Assembly (NCBI RefSeq): GCF_009914755.1
Contig: NC_060928.1
From: the human T2T-CHM13v2.0 reference genome, Homo sapiens
Strand: one strand, 5' to 3'
Length of the DNA: 64,000 nt
Shown: positions 1 to 12,699 of the stretch, piece by piece
How the letters are laid out: each line of letters starts with the position of its first letter
Numbering within the stretch: the stretch's first letter is position 1
Translations under genes and position numbers: made by a program
Notes under the pieces: model-generated
Database searches by the model: none
Told to the model about the DNA's origin: nothing
Seen by the model: only the letters and a program-made list of their open reading frames with translations

Positions 1-454
1 CTGTGCATTAAGTAGAAGTGGCATAAACAATTCCATTGTTTAATTTTGAAAATATACATATTATATAATATACAAATATGTATATTTGGAAAGACATGTT
101 AAACCAATAATATGACTTTGAAAGATTTCAAATACACAAGTAGTTTTAAAAGTAATATCAGCAAATACAAATTAATTATTGTCCATGTTTAATAGTCACA
201 AGCTTTAGGGAACATTCATTGAGTTTTAAATTTCATATTCTTTAATGAGAGATAGGCAGTAATGGGATAAATCCCAAGAATCTGCAGATAGGATTAAATT
301 GACGAGATGTAAAGTAGGCATAGTCACAAAGAACATATTCCAAAAAAGAAAAGCCAGTAATTATCTAGCAGCATCAAGCCTGTGATAGCTTATCTTTCTA
401 CAAAATGGTAAATCAATAATGTTTTCCCAAGATAAAATTTTAAGAATAAATTTG

Positions 455-640
455 CAGCATCATGCTTTGGAGTCAGTTGGACCTGGTTCTGCTACTTACT
501 AGTGCTTGATCTTGGGCAAATGATTTAAACAAGGTTCTGAGCTTTCTCTGATGATAGTGTATAGTAATGCCTTCCTTTCAGAACTGAGACAAGAATGTAA
601 TAATGTAATTTATGAAAAGTACTTAGTTCATAGTAAATAC
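455..640 (+). mobile_element. MIR SINE fragment
   Basis: MIR core-like gctttggagtcag...ctacttactagtg...cttgggcaaatgatttaa...aaagtacttag. Confidence 0.65.
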
Positions 641-1507
641 TTTACATATGATATATGTGTATTTATATGTGTGTGTATGTACATACATATTCCTCCCTTA
701 CATATATAGCAGTTGAGACCCTGACTCAGCTTTTCAACGGCAAAATCAGGTTTGAATCTAAGACAAGTCTTTCAAAGTTTCTCATACTTTATGTGACCTT
801 CATAAAGGCCAGTAAGTCAGTAGAACTCTCAAATTCTCATTTCTGCAAATTATCAGGTTGCCCTAATTGACTATTTCTATACCTAGTTGAGTACTACAAT
901 GAAAACAAGCCAACAAAAATGTGAATTAGTATTTAAGTGAAATAAGCCACAAACCAGCATGACAGAAAACTGAGGAAGTCTTCAAGATGCTAAAACTGGA
1001 AGGAAACCAATTAACTTGGGAAGCAGGTTAAATATAAGTACAACAGACAACCTGCTGGGTTTTTATTTAATATTGATGAGTAAAAAAAATGTCTAATCCA
1101 TTCACAGTATAAACTAAACCTTGCAATAGATAGCAACATATTAGCATATCCAAAACTTAGATGTGTCACTCTAGGTTTTACTTACCTTTCACCTATCTTT
1201 TGCTTTAGCTTATGTATTTTGCTAGGCAATAATAATGATAATTCTTGAAATTCTTCCAAGCCTTATTTGAAACTAGCAGTATCTACTAAACGCCAAATCC
1301 CTTATGAATGGATAGCAATGCAAAAGTAGTGCCACTAGTAATAACACATACACACACTCTCTTCTAGTCTATGTAGGAGATATAAATAATTATGAGATGC
1401 AATCTTTGATTTAAAGATGTTTACAATATAGTTTGCGAAAATGTTATTTAGCATTAGATTACTTTATGAATGGCAGAAAACTAAGAAAAAGTAGTAGCTT
1501 AAAAAAG

Positions 1508-1996
1508 TATATCTATTTCCTAGTGTTGCTGCACAAAATTATCACAAAGCTGGTGACTTTAAATAACAGAAATGTGTTCTCTCACGGTCCTGAAGGTCAG
1601 AAATTTAAATACAAGGTGTTGGCAGGCCCAGGCTCCCTTTAGAGACTCTGAGGGAGAGGTCTTCCTTACCTCTTGCAACTTCTGGTGGCTTCCGTCATTC
1701 CACGTGGCTGTATTACCCAAATCTCTGCTCCCTGTGCGCCTTTCCATCTCCTCTGTGTGTTTGCGTCCCTTCCTCTATTTTCTGTGTGACTCTCCTTGTA
1801 AGACTCCTATAAAAATACTTGTTATTGGATTTAGGGCTCACCTGGAAAATTCAGGATGATCTCATCTTGAGATCCTTAACTTAATTATATTTGCAAAGGT
1901 TTCCCACCCACTCCCACCCCAATAAGGTTATATCCACAGGTCCCAGGAATTAAGATGTGGAAACATATTTTTGAGGCCACAGTTCAACCCACTACA
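1508..1996 (-). mobile_element. MLT1C/D-like MaLR solo LTR
   Basis: Matches MLT1 motifs aacagaaatgtgttctctcac, caaggtgttggcagg, ttggatttagggctcacc, ending ttcaacccactaca. Confidence 0.8.
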
Positions 1997-2064
1997 ACAA
2001 TGTGGAGTTTATTTCTCTCTAATAAAACCCAGGCAAACAGTCAAATGCTGATATAATCCTCCGT

Positions 2065-2423
2065 ACTGTGTCAGCAACCCAGATTCCTACTGTCTGGTTT
2101 TCCTGCTAAAAGCAATTTTCTTTCTGAAGACCCACCATGTAATCCATGATGGTTTCTCCAGCCACCACATCTGATTTTGAGACAGTAGAAAGAGAAATAG
2201 AGTAGAAGAAAGCCAAGAATAAAAACTGAAGCCAAAAATGGTATGGCTTTTTTTGGACTTGCATATATACATTTATATTTATATCTCTCTGTAAGAATAG
2301 TCAAGTGGCCACTCTGAGCTACAAGAGAAGGTGGGAGAGGCTCTTATTCTAGGAACTCATGTGCTCAGTTAAAATTCGAGGCTTTTATCAAATGTTGGAG
2401 GCTAACTGGCAGTCTCTTGTACA
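2065..2423 (-). mobile_element. old MLT1 (K/L-like) LTR fragment
   Basis: Terminal ggaggctaactggcagtctcttgtaca resembles the MLT1K/L end; highly diverged. Confidence 0.4.
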
Positions 2424-2429
2424 GAGAAT

Positions 2430-2808
2430 CTAGCAGTGATGATTGGCTAGCTAACCTGGCCCTTTCCTAGTCTTTTGGTCCTTTGATCTAAGAGCTCATC
2501 TCACAATCCGAGTTGCCCTTGCTACCCAGAATGGTCACAGGTCCAGTTTTGGCCAATGAAACTTGGGTAGAAATTGCTCAGGGCTTCTGGGGATAATGAG
2601 CATTCCTGATGAAACAGCAGACTCGGCTTGTGCTTGACATTCATGTAGCCATCTTGTTATCATGAAAGAGTTTTCCAAATGAAATGTAGAGCTGCCCATG
2701 TTGTCCTAGACTCCTTATTGGGTATGAAACATAAACTCCATATTTTAGGCCTTGGTAAGTTTAACTAGCTTTCCTGTTACTTGCAGCAAGCACATTCTTA
2801 AACAATAT
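2430..2808 (+). mobile_element. MLT1I/J-like MaLR LTR
   Basis: ccagttttggccaatga, gtagccatcttg, ttcctgttacttgcagc...cattcttaa motifs. Confidence 0.65.
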
Positions 2809-3461
2809 CAGACCATGAGATACATGCACATATTAAAGGATATTAAGCCATGTAAAGCAACGTATCATAGGGCACTGTGACAGAGCCCAGAAGAGGGGAA
2901 CCCTCTATTGCTCACATGGTTCAGAAGGAGCTGATTCCTAAACACCAGGATTGATGAATTTGGCAATGTGGGAAAAGTGGACTTCTGGATGACATTAAGA
3001 CTTAATTGACTTTTCATGACCATAACTTCCAACAACTTGGATTGTTCTAGTCACTTGTTACCTGCAACCACTTAGATTGCCACATTAAGGGGAAAAAAAT
3101 CATCCTAAGAAGAATCGTATGCTGTACCACTCACCTCAGGTTTAATAGTGCTGATGAAAATTACCTTGGAAAGGACTAGAAAAAAAACTAAGACCTAAGA
3201 GAGAAAGGTGCTATTTGGGGGAAGGCAGGCGGGGAAGAAAAGTAGATATGGAATGTAAGAGGAAAGAGGAGAGGATCAAAGTTTTGAGGGAAACAGAAAA
3301 GAGTTTGGAAAGGCTGCTCTTGTTTAAAAAAATCTTCTCCACCCATGCTGGTGCCACTTTCTTGCCGCTTCAAGAGAGTTCAAAACAGATTTATAACAGT
3401 ATTGAAGGCTTCTGGAGTAACATCTGAATTTCTTTTGAATTATATACAATGTAGACAGCAA

Positions 3462-3490
3462 GATAAATAAATAAAATAAATAAATAAAAT
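3462..3490. repeat. (AAAT)n low-complexity repeat
   Basis: ataaaataaataaaataaataaataaaat. Confidence 0.8.
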
Positions 3491-3921
3491 AGATTTATTT
3501 AAGCAAGGCATATGGGGAAATATTTGCACCTCTAAGGTTGAAAAGACAGCAAAACTCAGCAAACTCTACATAGTATAAATTCAATTATGATCACACAAGA
3601 TCATCTTGAACTACATAAGTACTTTTACTCAAAGCAGAAACACTTGAGAAGCTGGGCACTGAGCTAACCATAGAATCATTCACCCCTTTAAAAAAAAACA
3701 CACACAAAAAAATGCATAAGACACAGAAAACAAATATGGCCTGATATATGGGTTGTTTGCACATTCGTTTCAATAGAATTCTACTTTTATTGCTTTTTAA
3801 AAATAGTGTGCACAGCATGAAAATAACCATCATGAGCATGTCTCCATAAATCATTTTTCCCTGTGCTGAAGGAGCACAGATTTCCCTACCTGAGGAGCAG
3901 TCAGTTGGTGTTTACTTGCTA

Positions 3922-3958
3922 CACTGTGCCATCTGGTGGCAAGTGCTAAAAATTGCAG
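3922..3958 (-). promoter_or_regulatory. CTCF binding motif with upstream (ZF9-11) module
   Basis: Minus strand reads CTGCAATTTT-TAGCAC-TTGCCACCAGATGGCAC; core fits CCASYAGRKGGCRS exactly. Confidence 0.7.
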
Positions 3959-4204
3959 ACACAAGGTCCCTGGGTTCCAGAGAGACTCTCAGGCCGTATA
4001 CCTAGAGGTGTCAACCCAATGCAAAAGAAATAAATACAATGACTCTCTTTAAAGACATGGGTTGAAGCCAAAGATCAAGTTATTTGTTAGTTATTCTCAT
4101 TGGTATTCCTAATATATATAATATCTTCCCAGTAAAAATTACTTTATGAACAAATTGATTCTTAATAGCAATAATTTTCAGTTTGCACAATACTGCAGTT
4201 TTCA

Positions 4205-4390
4205 AATCCCCATTCATATTCACTAATGCACAAGATGAGCAGGAATATTGCACCTTTCTCACAAATGGAAACTGAGGTTCAGGTGGGTTAAAGAAATTGC
4301 TCAAGTTTGCAAAGCTTATATTAGAAAAAACAAGCAACTACTGAAGCACAAATAAAGACTTTCTCTGTTTCCAGTCTAGATGTTTCCTTT
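4205..4390 (-). mobile_element. MIR SINE
   Basis: acaaatggaaactgaggttcag...ggttaaagaaattgctcaag MIR core. Confidence 0.7.
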
Positions 4391-6439
4391 ATAACGATCC
4401 TGTCTCTCCATGCTTAGCGTGGGATGAAGCAGTTTTAGTTGAAGCTAGGTTGAAGCTTTAGGTGTAGCTGGAAATAGTTTTTTAAGTTAGGTGCTATTTT
4501 GGTAAAGTAGTAGTTGCAAGCTTCCCCAAAGGAGTCTGAAAGAAGATTCAGCAGACCTTGGTGACAAGAGTTGTGCATTCCTAAAGTTTAATATACAACT
4601 TCTTTTGCTTGTTTGTTTTTCCTTCAGGCCTTGTATTTACATATATGCAATACCATCTCTTTGTCTTTGTGTTTTATTCTCCTGCCCTGTCTTGCAATTT
4701 ATTCTTTGTTAGCCTGCTTTTCATCAGAAGAACCACCTACTTTTCAGTAGCTTTCTTTTTTTCAGGTGGCCTCTCACTCCCTCCCGGTAGATGTATTCCT
4801 TTCAGGGTTAATCAAAGGATGATATTTAAGTTGTCATCTCTGCTTGGGCATCTACATGGCTTGTGCCATTCATATCAATGAGACCTTTTCAACCCTAATA
4901 TCTGTTTCAGTGATCTATAGAATGCAGCCTTGAAACTTAATTATGGTGATGTTTCAGAGGCTCATGGACAGATTTAAGCATCCTGCTTTCACATCATTAG
5001 ACAGTCCCAAGTTCCAGTGCTCTAAAAGATTGAAGACCAGTCTACTGTATGTCTTACCTTCATTATGATCTGTAGGAACAAGCCTACATTTCTCAGACTC
5101 TGTTAGAAGGTTTTTTATCTTTTGGCTGTGATATTTCACTTCGTATAAGACAATTGAAATGTAAAGCCTTTGTGAAAAATGCCTACGTAAGCCAATGAAT
5201 ATCATCCCAAATATCAGTAAGTAGTTTGATCATTGCTATATAGTTTTGTACATTCTTAGACTTGGGCAATGAGTCCTGAAGCCACTCCAGGGCCAAAAAG
5301 GGGGCTTATTAACCTCATATTCATCTAAAATAATCTTCTGGGAAAACACGATAAATATGCATTTTATGACATGTCATCATTATTGGTTCATCAAAACTAT
5401 TTAAATATATGCAGATTTCAAAATTTATCTACAATTGCGTAACATCGTCTTCCCAATAGTTACCAGAACACTGAAAATTCCAAATTTTTATTTTGCTTTA
5501 TTCCATTTATCAGCAGCAGCAATAAAGATTTTGGAATAGAACTTGGGTAGCAATTTGGGGATGATGTATTAGCCCTTCCTCAGCTACAGTTGCTCTAGAG
5601 GGCTGATTAATATAAATGTCAGCTTATTTGTAAACTAGGAATATGTAACACAGAAAAGAACTGATAGTGCCATTTCCAGAGCCTCCTTTCAAGCCTAAAT
5701 GAACTGTAGTTGGGTAAGGGCCACAGTCGATAAACACTCGAAGTAATATTGCCTAAAGTGACAAAAAATACAGTGGCATCAATCTCCTTTCAAGGCCAAG
5801 AAGCTGCTTATTCAGTTTCAAGAGCTTAGCATATAAATACAGTTTACAAGTAATTTTAAAATGATCACGAAATCCTGTGTATATTTGACTGTTAAATCAA
5901 AAGGAAGCCTGTGGTGTTGCTCAAGCCCAATAATCACTTTTTAATATTCCTGGGGAGGCAGCAGCATGATGAAAAGGATAAGGAAGGTATAAATCAACTG
6001 AAGGAATTCAGAGTGAAAGACCTTCATTTTTCAAAGGCAGAGATTAAAATCACCAAGCTAATAAGATCTGCTCAGGGACCTAGAAATGTCAGCCAAAAAT
6101 GTAGAAAATGTATACTCCAAGAGTGAGCTTTACTTGAGTTGGTTTATATATAATAGTTTTCTGCTGAAAACAGACGATTAAACGTGCTGTTTAACTTAAA
6201 GGTAGTGTTTAGTTAGAATGTTATATACAGGGTATCTTATTCATATATTAATAGTCGTATCTAATAGAAAAATAAATAAACATTACAAATAGATTTTGCA
6301 TTCATTTCCTAGCTCTTTCCTTACATCTGGCATTCATCGCCAGATGAATTCTATTGCTCCCGATAATACTGCTTTGCAAACACCTTTCCCTGATCCAAGG
6401 TCCTCAGCGGTCCTCTTTGTGTGTGGGGGAGCCCCTCTT

Positions 6440-6602
6440 CCTAACTATTTAAAATATTGATATTATCTACTGATTTGGCAGTCATTCCTAATAGATTGGA
6501 GGTGTCTTAAGGAACAAAATAATATCTTAGTAACTTTTATATATCTCCATGGCCTAGGAAAGTTCTTGAGAAATGGCAAGTGCTCAACACAAAATTGTTG
6601 AT
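6440..6602 (+). mobile_element. L2 LINE 3' end
   Basis: atatctccatggcctagg...aagtgctcaacacaaaattgttga resembles L2 terminus. Confidence 0.5.
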
Positions 6603-7339
6603 TTTTATGTAATTATCTTCCTATATCTCAACATAAACACATTTCCCACCAGCTGATCAACTTACTGATCCCCAGACACAGAACATCCTCACCTCTTTAC
6701 TTTTTACATTTTTTCCTTTCTTGGTAGATACAGTCTATGAAACATTGTTTCCCAGAAAACATGGATTTTTCCCTTCCTGCAGTATTTAGTATTTCCTCCA
6801 GTTTTCCTAGCTAGCTCTTATTACTACATACTGTCTTAAGTCATTACTTATCTTTTAAATTCACAACCAAAATCCCTAAACAAGGTTAAGAAAAAACTCA
6901 TATTTTTGATTTCGTTATATCGCAGTTACCCAGAGCACCAGCACACTCGGGCGCTCGGTAAATCTGTGTTTAAAGAAGGCAGGTTCAATGATAGTCTAAT
7001 GGTAAGATAGCATCATAAAAATAAAGCCCAGCACCTGACAACACAACTAGAAACTATGAATAGCATTTTGATAAATTATGTAAAGCTCAGGCTGAAAACA
7101 TGCAATGCACAATGATTTGATGAAATTCACTTTTAAAGGTAACTGGAATCATTACAGTGAAAATGTTACATAGAAAATTCTACTCATTAGTCACAGTGTA
7201 GGAAAAGAAAATGCTGCTTTCCCTATGAAGATTGTCCTCATCCATTCCCTTCCCTTCCCCAGCCAAACTAGAAGTAGCCTTCTAAGATAAATAACCAAAA
7301 CTTAGAATTTGTTTCTCAAGCACTTGTTTTTTTCTCAAC

Positions 7340-7866
<527 letters not shown>

Positions 7867-8854
7867 TCAAGTTAAAATGTCTGTGTCTGGAGACTAACAA
7901 CTGATCTTAATCCTAAGCAGCACGTTTTAAAATTATACTGTTTGTGGCTAAAATACCTCTTAATTGGATATTACATTTAATATTGCTAGTGTTGACTTTG
8001 TGTGCATGTGTGAAAAACAATTATTACTCAATGGCACACCTTAGAATAAATGGCATCTTTGATTTGAGGAATGAGTATATAGGTCCAAACCTCGAACTTA
8101 AGGATCAGATATTGGATTTCTCTGTGCCCCCAAGAGAGTACATGGTTGAGGGTAAGAAGAGAAACTTTCCATCTTTTCAGAGAGGTACAGAGTCTTTGTT
8201 TCTATGTCATTCCTGGAATGAAACTAGTAAGTCTTATCTATGACTGGAATACATCGTAGCTAATATTGACTTCTGAAGAACTACAAGGAATTGTTTTAAA
8301 GGGAGCCAGCCACCTGTTCACTGCTTTTCCTGCATTCCTTTGTTCTTAAATGTGAATCTGCTAACCTCACATGTCCCTATGATCACTGGGATTCATAGTC
8401 ATCTTTAAATATAGCTGCCTTTCCCTTCTGTCTTCATTCATATTTTGCCCGAACCTTCTCATTCATGAGAAACTCTAGTTACTTTAGAGATGTAAAATCT
8501 TGGGTCTATGGCCAAATAGCAGCTGGCCAGTTTTCAAGTGAAATTCTTGGTAACAAACAGGTCGAGAAAGAACAAAAAACATGCATCACTAGTGCACCTA
8601 GAATTCTACCTAGAAACACATTCTTCAGCACTAAACATGCTGACAGCACAGTGTGAACATGACCTTAATCACAAAGGACAGCAGGCTAAGCTACCCACAT
8701 TGCAGGATAGGAAATAAGAATAAGAACCGTCTCTGATCCCCTGCCACCTAGTTTGAGATTATCCATAGAAACTATAAAAGTGAAGAGAGGAGAGAAATCA
8801 CATACTGCATTAGTTTTGGATAATGGCCAGACAACTCCTTAAGTATATATATAT

Positions 8855-8912
8855 ACTTCCCTTTCCCAATAAGACCACCTATTTTCCATTTTTCTTAACA
8901 CATGACTAAGCT

Positions 8913-8916
<4 letters not shown>
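8855..8916 (+). repeat. 62-bp direct repeat, copy 1 (copy 2 at 9762-9823)
   Basis: acttccctttcccaataagaccacc(t/c)attttcc...gactaagctaaca, 61/62 identical. Confidence 0.95.

Positions 8917-8990
<74 letters not shown>
8917..8990. repeat. compound microsatellite (AT)27(AC)10
   Basis: Directly visible. Confidence 0.97.
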
Positions 8991-8991
<1 letters not shown>

Positions 8992-9761
8992 TATGTGTGT
9001 ATATATATATTTGTGTGTGTGTATACATATGTACATATATATTCATTCAATCCCTGGTAAGACAAAAAGATTCTTATTTCTCAGGAATAACATGGAAATT
9101 TCTATTGTTTATATTCCCGTTTTCTTAGCCCAGCAGTCTAACAGCTACATGGCCATGTATATGCATCTGGGTAGGGATGAGTAGGCAAATGATAAAATAT
9201 GCATTAAATCACATTGTATTTTGATGTTTGATTATTGCTTTGAGAGACTGTCATTTTCCATGTGATTTTAAAGAGTTAATATTTTTCTAGCTTAATTTTA
9301 TTTTACATCCCCAAAATCAGATTGCTCCCAGAAAAATACCACTTAAATGGGAAAAATAAAAGGAAGCAAGAAAGAGATTGACAAAAAAGTAGGCTTGAAT
9401 ACATAATGAATGCTTTGCCACTCATTGATAGACAACGCTTAAAACAAAGCATTGTTGTGTGAAATGTTCTAGAGAAAAGAACTGAAGAGTTTATCAAATG
9501 AGTTATTGGAAAAGATTTTTTTCTAAATCTGCCAGAAATGTACCAGGCCATTATTGCATCTTATAAATTATTTATTATTCTTAGATATGTCATAAAGTCC
9601 AACACAAATAAAGAAAAAATGCTGACAAGACAGAAACATCATTGTGAATATAGAGGTTGCTTCCTGAAGACTTGCAGAAAAGTTCCAAGAATCTTTGCAC
9701 CTTGTCCACCACATTTTTCACTACTTACATATTTTGTTTCTTTGTATTTGAAAATATCACC

Positions 9762-9823
9762 ACTTCCCTTTCCCAATAAGACCACCCATTTTCCATTTTT
9801 CTTAACACATGACTAAGCTAACA
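9762..9823 (+). repeat. 62-bp direct repeat, copy 2
   Basis: Near-identical to 8855-8916. Confidence 0.95.
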
Positions 9824-10747
9824 GAATGTAAACCTTGTGTGTGTGCAAGAGGGAGAATTAATCATGAAAAATTAAGTAAAATATAATAGAGAAGAGAAAT
9901 CCAATTTTTGAAACATCTATTAATATGATTGCCTAGTTTATATGCATCTCTGCCAGATTTTGCTATTGCCCATGACTGCCTTAGCTATTCCGGAGCTGTA
10001 CTTAATAAAACAGTGAAATCTCCCTAATCTTTCATTCTTATGAAGCAGGCTAATGAAATACCATAGAAATAGTTTCATTTTACACTGGGAAGACATTAAA
10101 TATCTAACTGTAAAATATTTTCTTTCTTATTCACTTTTAAGGGGCTTATGAGAATGAGTATGGTTTTAAGTAAAAGCAGAAATTTCAAAGTTTCCTAGTC
10201 ACATGAAGACACACCATCTTTTATCTCTTGCTTTATTCTTTGCTCATTACTTACTTTAGAGTCTGAAAGAACATTTTTCTCCCTCATGGCCTTTCCAGTG
10301 AATGAATAGAACTAGGTCCAAAATTTTCATGGGACAGACACACTGCTTTGTACATCTTAAAACGCCCCACAGCACTTCAAAAAATGCTTTACAGGCCTCA
10401 AGAATTCCATAAATACTCCTTGATTTTAGTGAGTTGTGTGTGGAGTCAGGTGCAGAGATTCTTTCACCTTCTATTACTGGTGCTTAGAAAACTCCAGTGC
10501 ACTGAGTACCATACCACTTTATCAGCCCTCATTCTCTAGGACTGGTTTATGAGAGGTCATAGATCTATTATTTTGTACCTAAGAAATAATATCATGTATT
10601 TTAGCTATCTGCCATTTAAATCCTGTTCATAAACACACAACAAAACTAAGAAGACAACCTGCCTACTGCCAATCCTCAGTCAGGTGGCTCAAAATTGTCC
10701 TGTTTTCATCTTTATCTTATATCTAACTAAATACACTTTGGATATAT

Positions 10748-10799
10748 ATTTTCTTCTTTGGATACATATGTTACACATTTTCTTCTTTGGATACATATG
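10748..10799. repeat. 23-bp tandem duplication (period 29)
   Basis: attttcttctttggatacatatg at 10748 and 10777. Confidence 0.9.
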
Positions 10800-11062
10800 A
10801 GAAACGTTCTCATGTACTATGTAAAGCGTTTCCCTGGCCATATTCAGATGAGGGAAACTAAACTATAGATGGTTTAAAATACTAACTACGTAGAAAATTT
10901 GAGGCATTGTAGTGGGAACTGTAGTGGGGCTTGAGATACAGTGAGGAAGGCTGTAGAGCTGCATTTGTTGTGAAAGATGTAGCAAATGGGGAACTACTTC
11001 AATTTTATACATTTCATTTCACCACATTCTGGATCTTAGAATGACGTTAACACAAGTATTTC

Positions 11063-11215
11063 TGTGAGGCAGCAGAGAGTATTGGGCTGGTGGTGATGAA
11101 GCCTTCTTACTCACAGGCCGGGAGACTCGGTAAGCATTTCCCCTCCCAACTGCAGCTTCTCCTATTATAAAGTGAGGACATTGGACTGAGTGTTTTAATG
11201 TTTTATCAGCTCTTG
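11063..11215 (+). mobile_element. MIR (MIR3-like) fragment
   Basis: gaggcagcag...cttctcctattataaagtgaggacattggactga. Confidence 0.45.
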
Positions 11216-11794
11216 TGTCTTACGAAGTCCATCTTTGATTCTTCCTGTCTTCCAGTACCCCATTACTGATCATCCCACAAGGACTCCTGAGTTTTCCTTT
11301 ATAATGTCTCCCCTACTTTTAAGGCCACTGTCTTGGTTCAGACTCTTCTCCACACAAAGGCTTCCTAAGTGTTTTCACAACTTTTGTCTTTATGGCTAAT
11401 TCATCCTGTACATTTAGCCTCCTCAAACCATGACTTGATTGCATCCTCTCCAGCTCCTGCATCTTCAGAGATGATTATTAGAGAAGGGAATTCATCTTCC
11501 TCAGCCCAGTCCCTCCTTAGCCAGAGCTGCATCAGTCTTTTACTTGCTCTTCATTGGGAAATTAACTTATAGCTGGCTTTCCATCCCTTCTGTCTAAACA
11601 GTGGATACACATCTTTCTCTTTTTTGTAATTCCAAACATAACCCTTGTTGGTGCAATTTTAGGACCACTTCCTTTCCCAGTTTCCTCGAATGCACAGTGG
11701 CCTCCTTCCTTTTTAAATCTCTAATAGTGTTAAATCTCTTTTCTGCTTACATGTTCCTTGCTGTATATTTCCTCGTAATTATCTGGCGATATTA

Positions 11795-11975
11795 TCTGCC
11801 AGTTATAACGTATGTGGCCTTGGGAAAATGACACAATCTCTCAAGTCCTCAGATGCTCTGTCTGTTAAATATGAATAACACATATATGTACCCACAGGTG
11901 GTTTTGAATTCCCTCACATAATGCATATACAAAGCACTTAGCGCAATGATCAGTTCCAAATGATGACTACTATTA
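11795..11975 (+). mobile_element. MIR SINE
   Basis: tgtggccttgggaaaatgacacaatctctc...aatgcatatacaaagcacttagc. Confidence 0.7.
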
Positions 11976-12578
11976 CCTGAAAAAAGGTATATTGTCCTTT
12001 TTCATTATTAGTTGACTCTTAAATTATAACAGGGCATTAAGGCAAGGAAAAGTAAAGTAATGTAGATTTCTGAGTAGAATGTCTTGCATATACAAACATA
12101 TGAGTGTTCCTCAAATAACCATGGACATAACCAAGAGTACGTGAGAACGGGGAGTGAGAAATCTGTAAGAGAAAAATGTCTGAGGAAGATACCCTCCTCA
12201 CGGTGGAATTTTCGAGGATTTCCCAAGAGCAATAATGACAGTGAAACCATGCTGAGAAGGGACACTCAGGGGCAAGTTGCCATTCATTTCTATGTGAGAC
12301 AGGGGTGGCCTCGTGGGATCCAGGAAGAAGAACTCAAGATATTATAAAGACCATCTCATTTGGAGAGCAGAAGATTGGAGGTGAAGGCGAGCTTCAGAGC
12401 AGAAGGTGTTTCCTTTGGCAGTTGTGGACTGAAGATATCAAGGCTATGCCCGGGGTGTTTAAAAACAGCAGACAACTTATGGGGGCTTTTCCTCCAAGAA
12501 GCAGGTCTGTTCTTGAAAAGACAGTGAGTGTGTGATGACACTCCTCTCTCAGGCCCCACTGGCGCCATTACTACTAGG

Positions 12579-12699
12579 AAAAGACAGTTTTCCTCTTTTG
12601 GAGATCGCCTATTATCTACACAAGGAATGATTCCTAGTGCCATTGACCACTAATAAAAGACAGTTTTGCTCTTTTGGAGATTGCCTATTATTTACACAA
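12579..12699. repeat. 45-bp tandem-like duplication (period 76)
   Basis: aaaagacagtttt(c/g)ctcttttggagat(c/t)gcctattat(c/t)tacacaa at 12579 and 12655, 42/45 identical. Confidence 0.9.

Noticed and set aside
6324-6349. catctggc-N7-gccagatg palindrome with two E-boxes
   Set aside because: 8-bp arms are expected by chance in 64 kb; no other support
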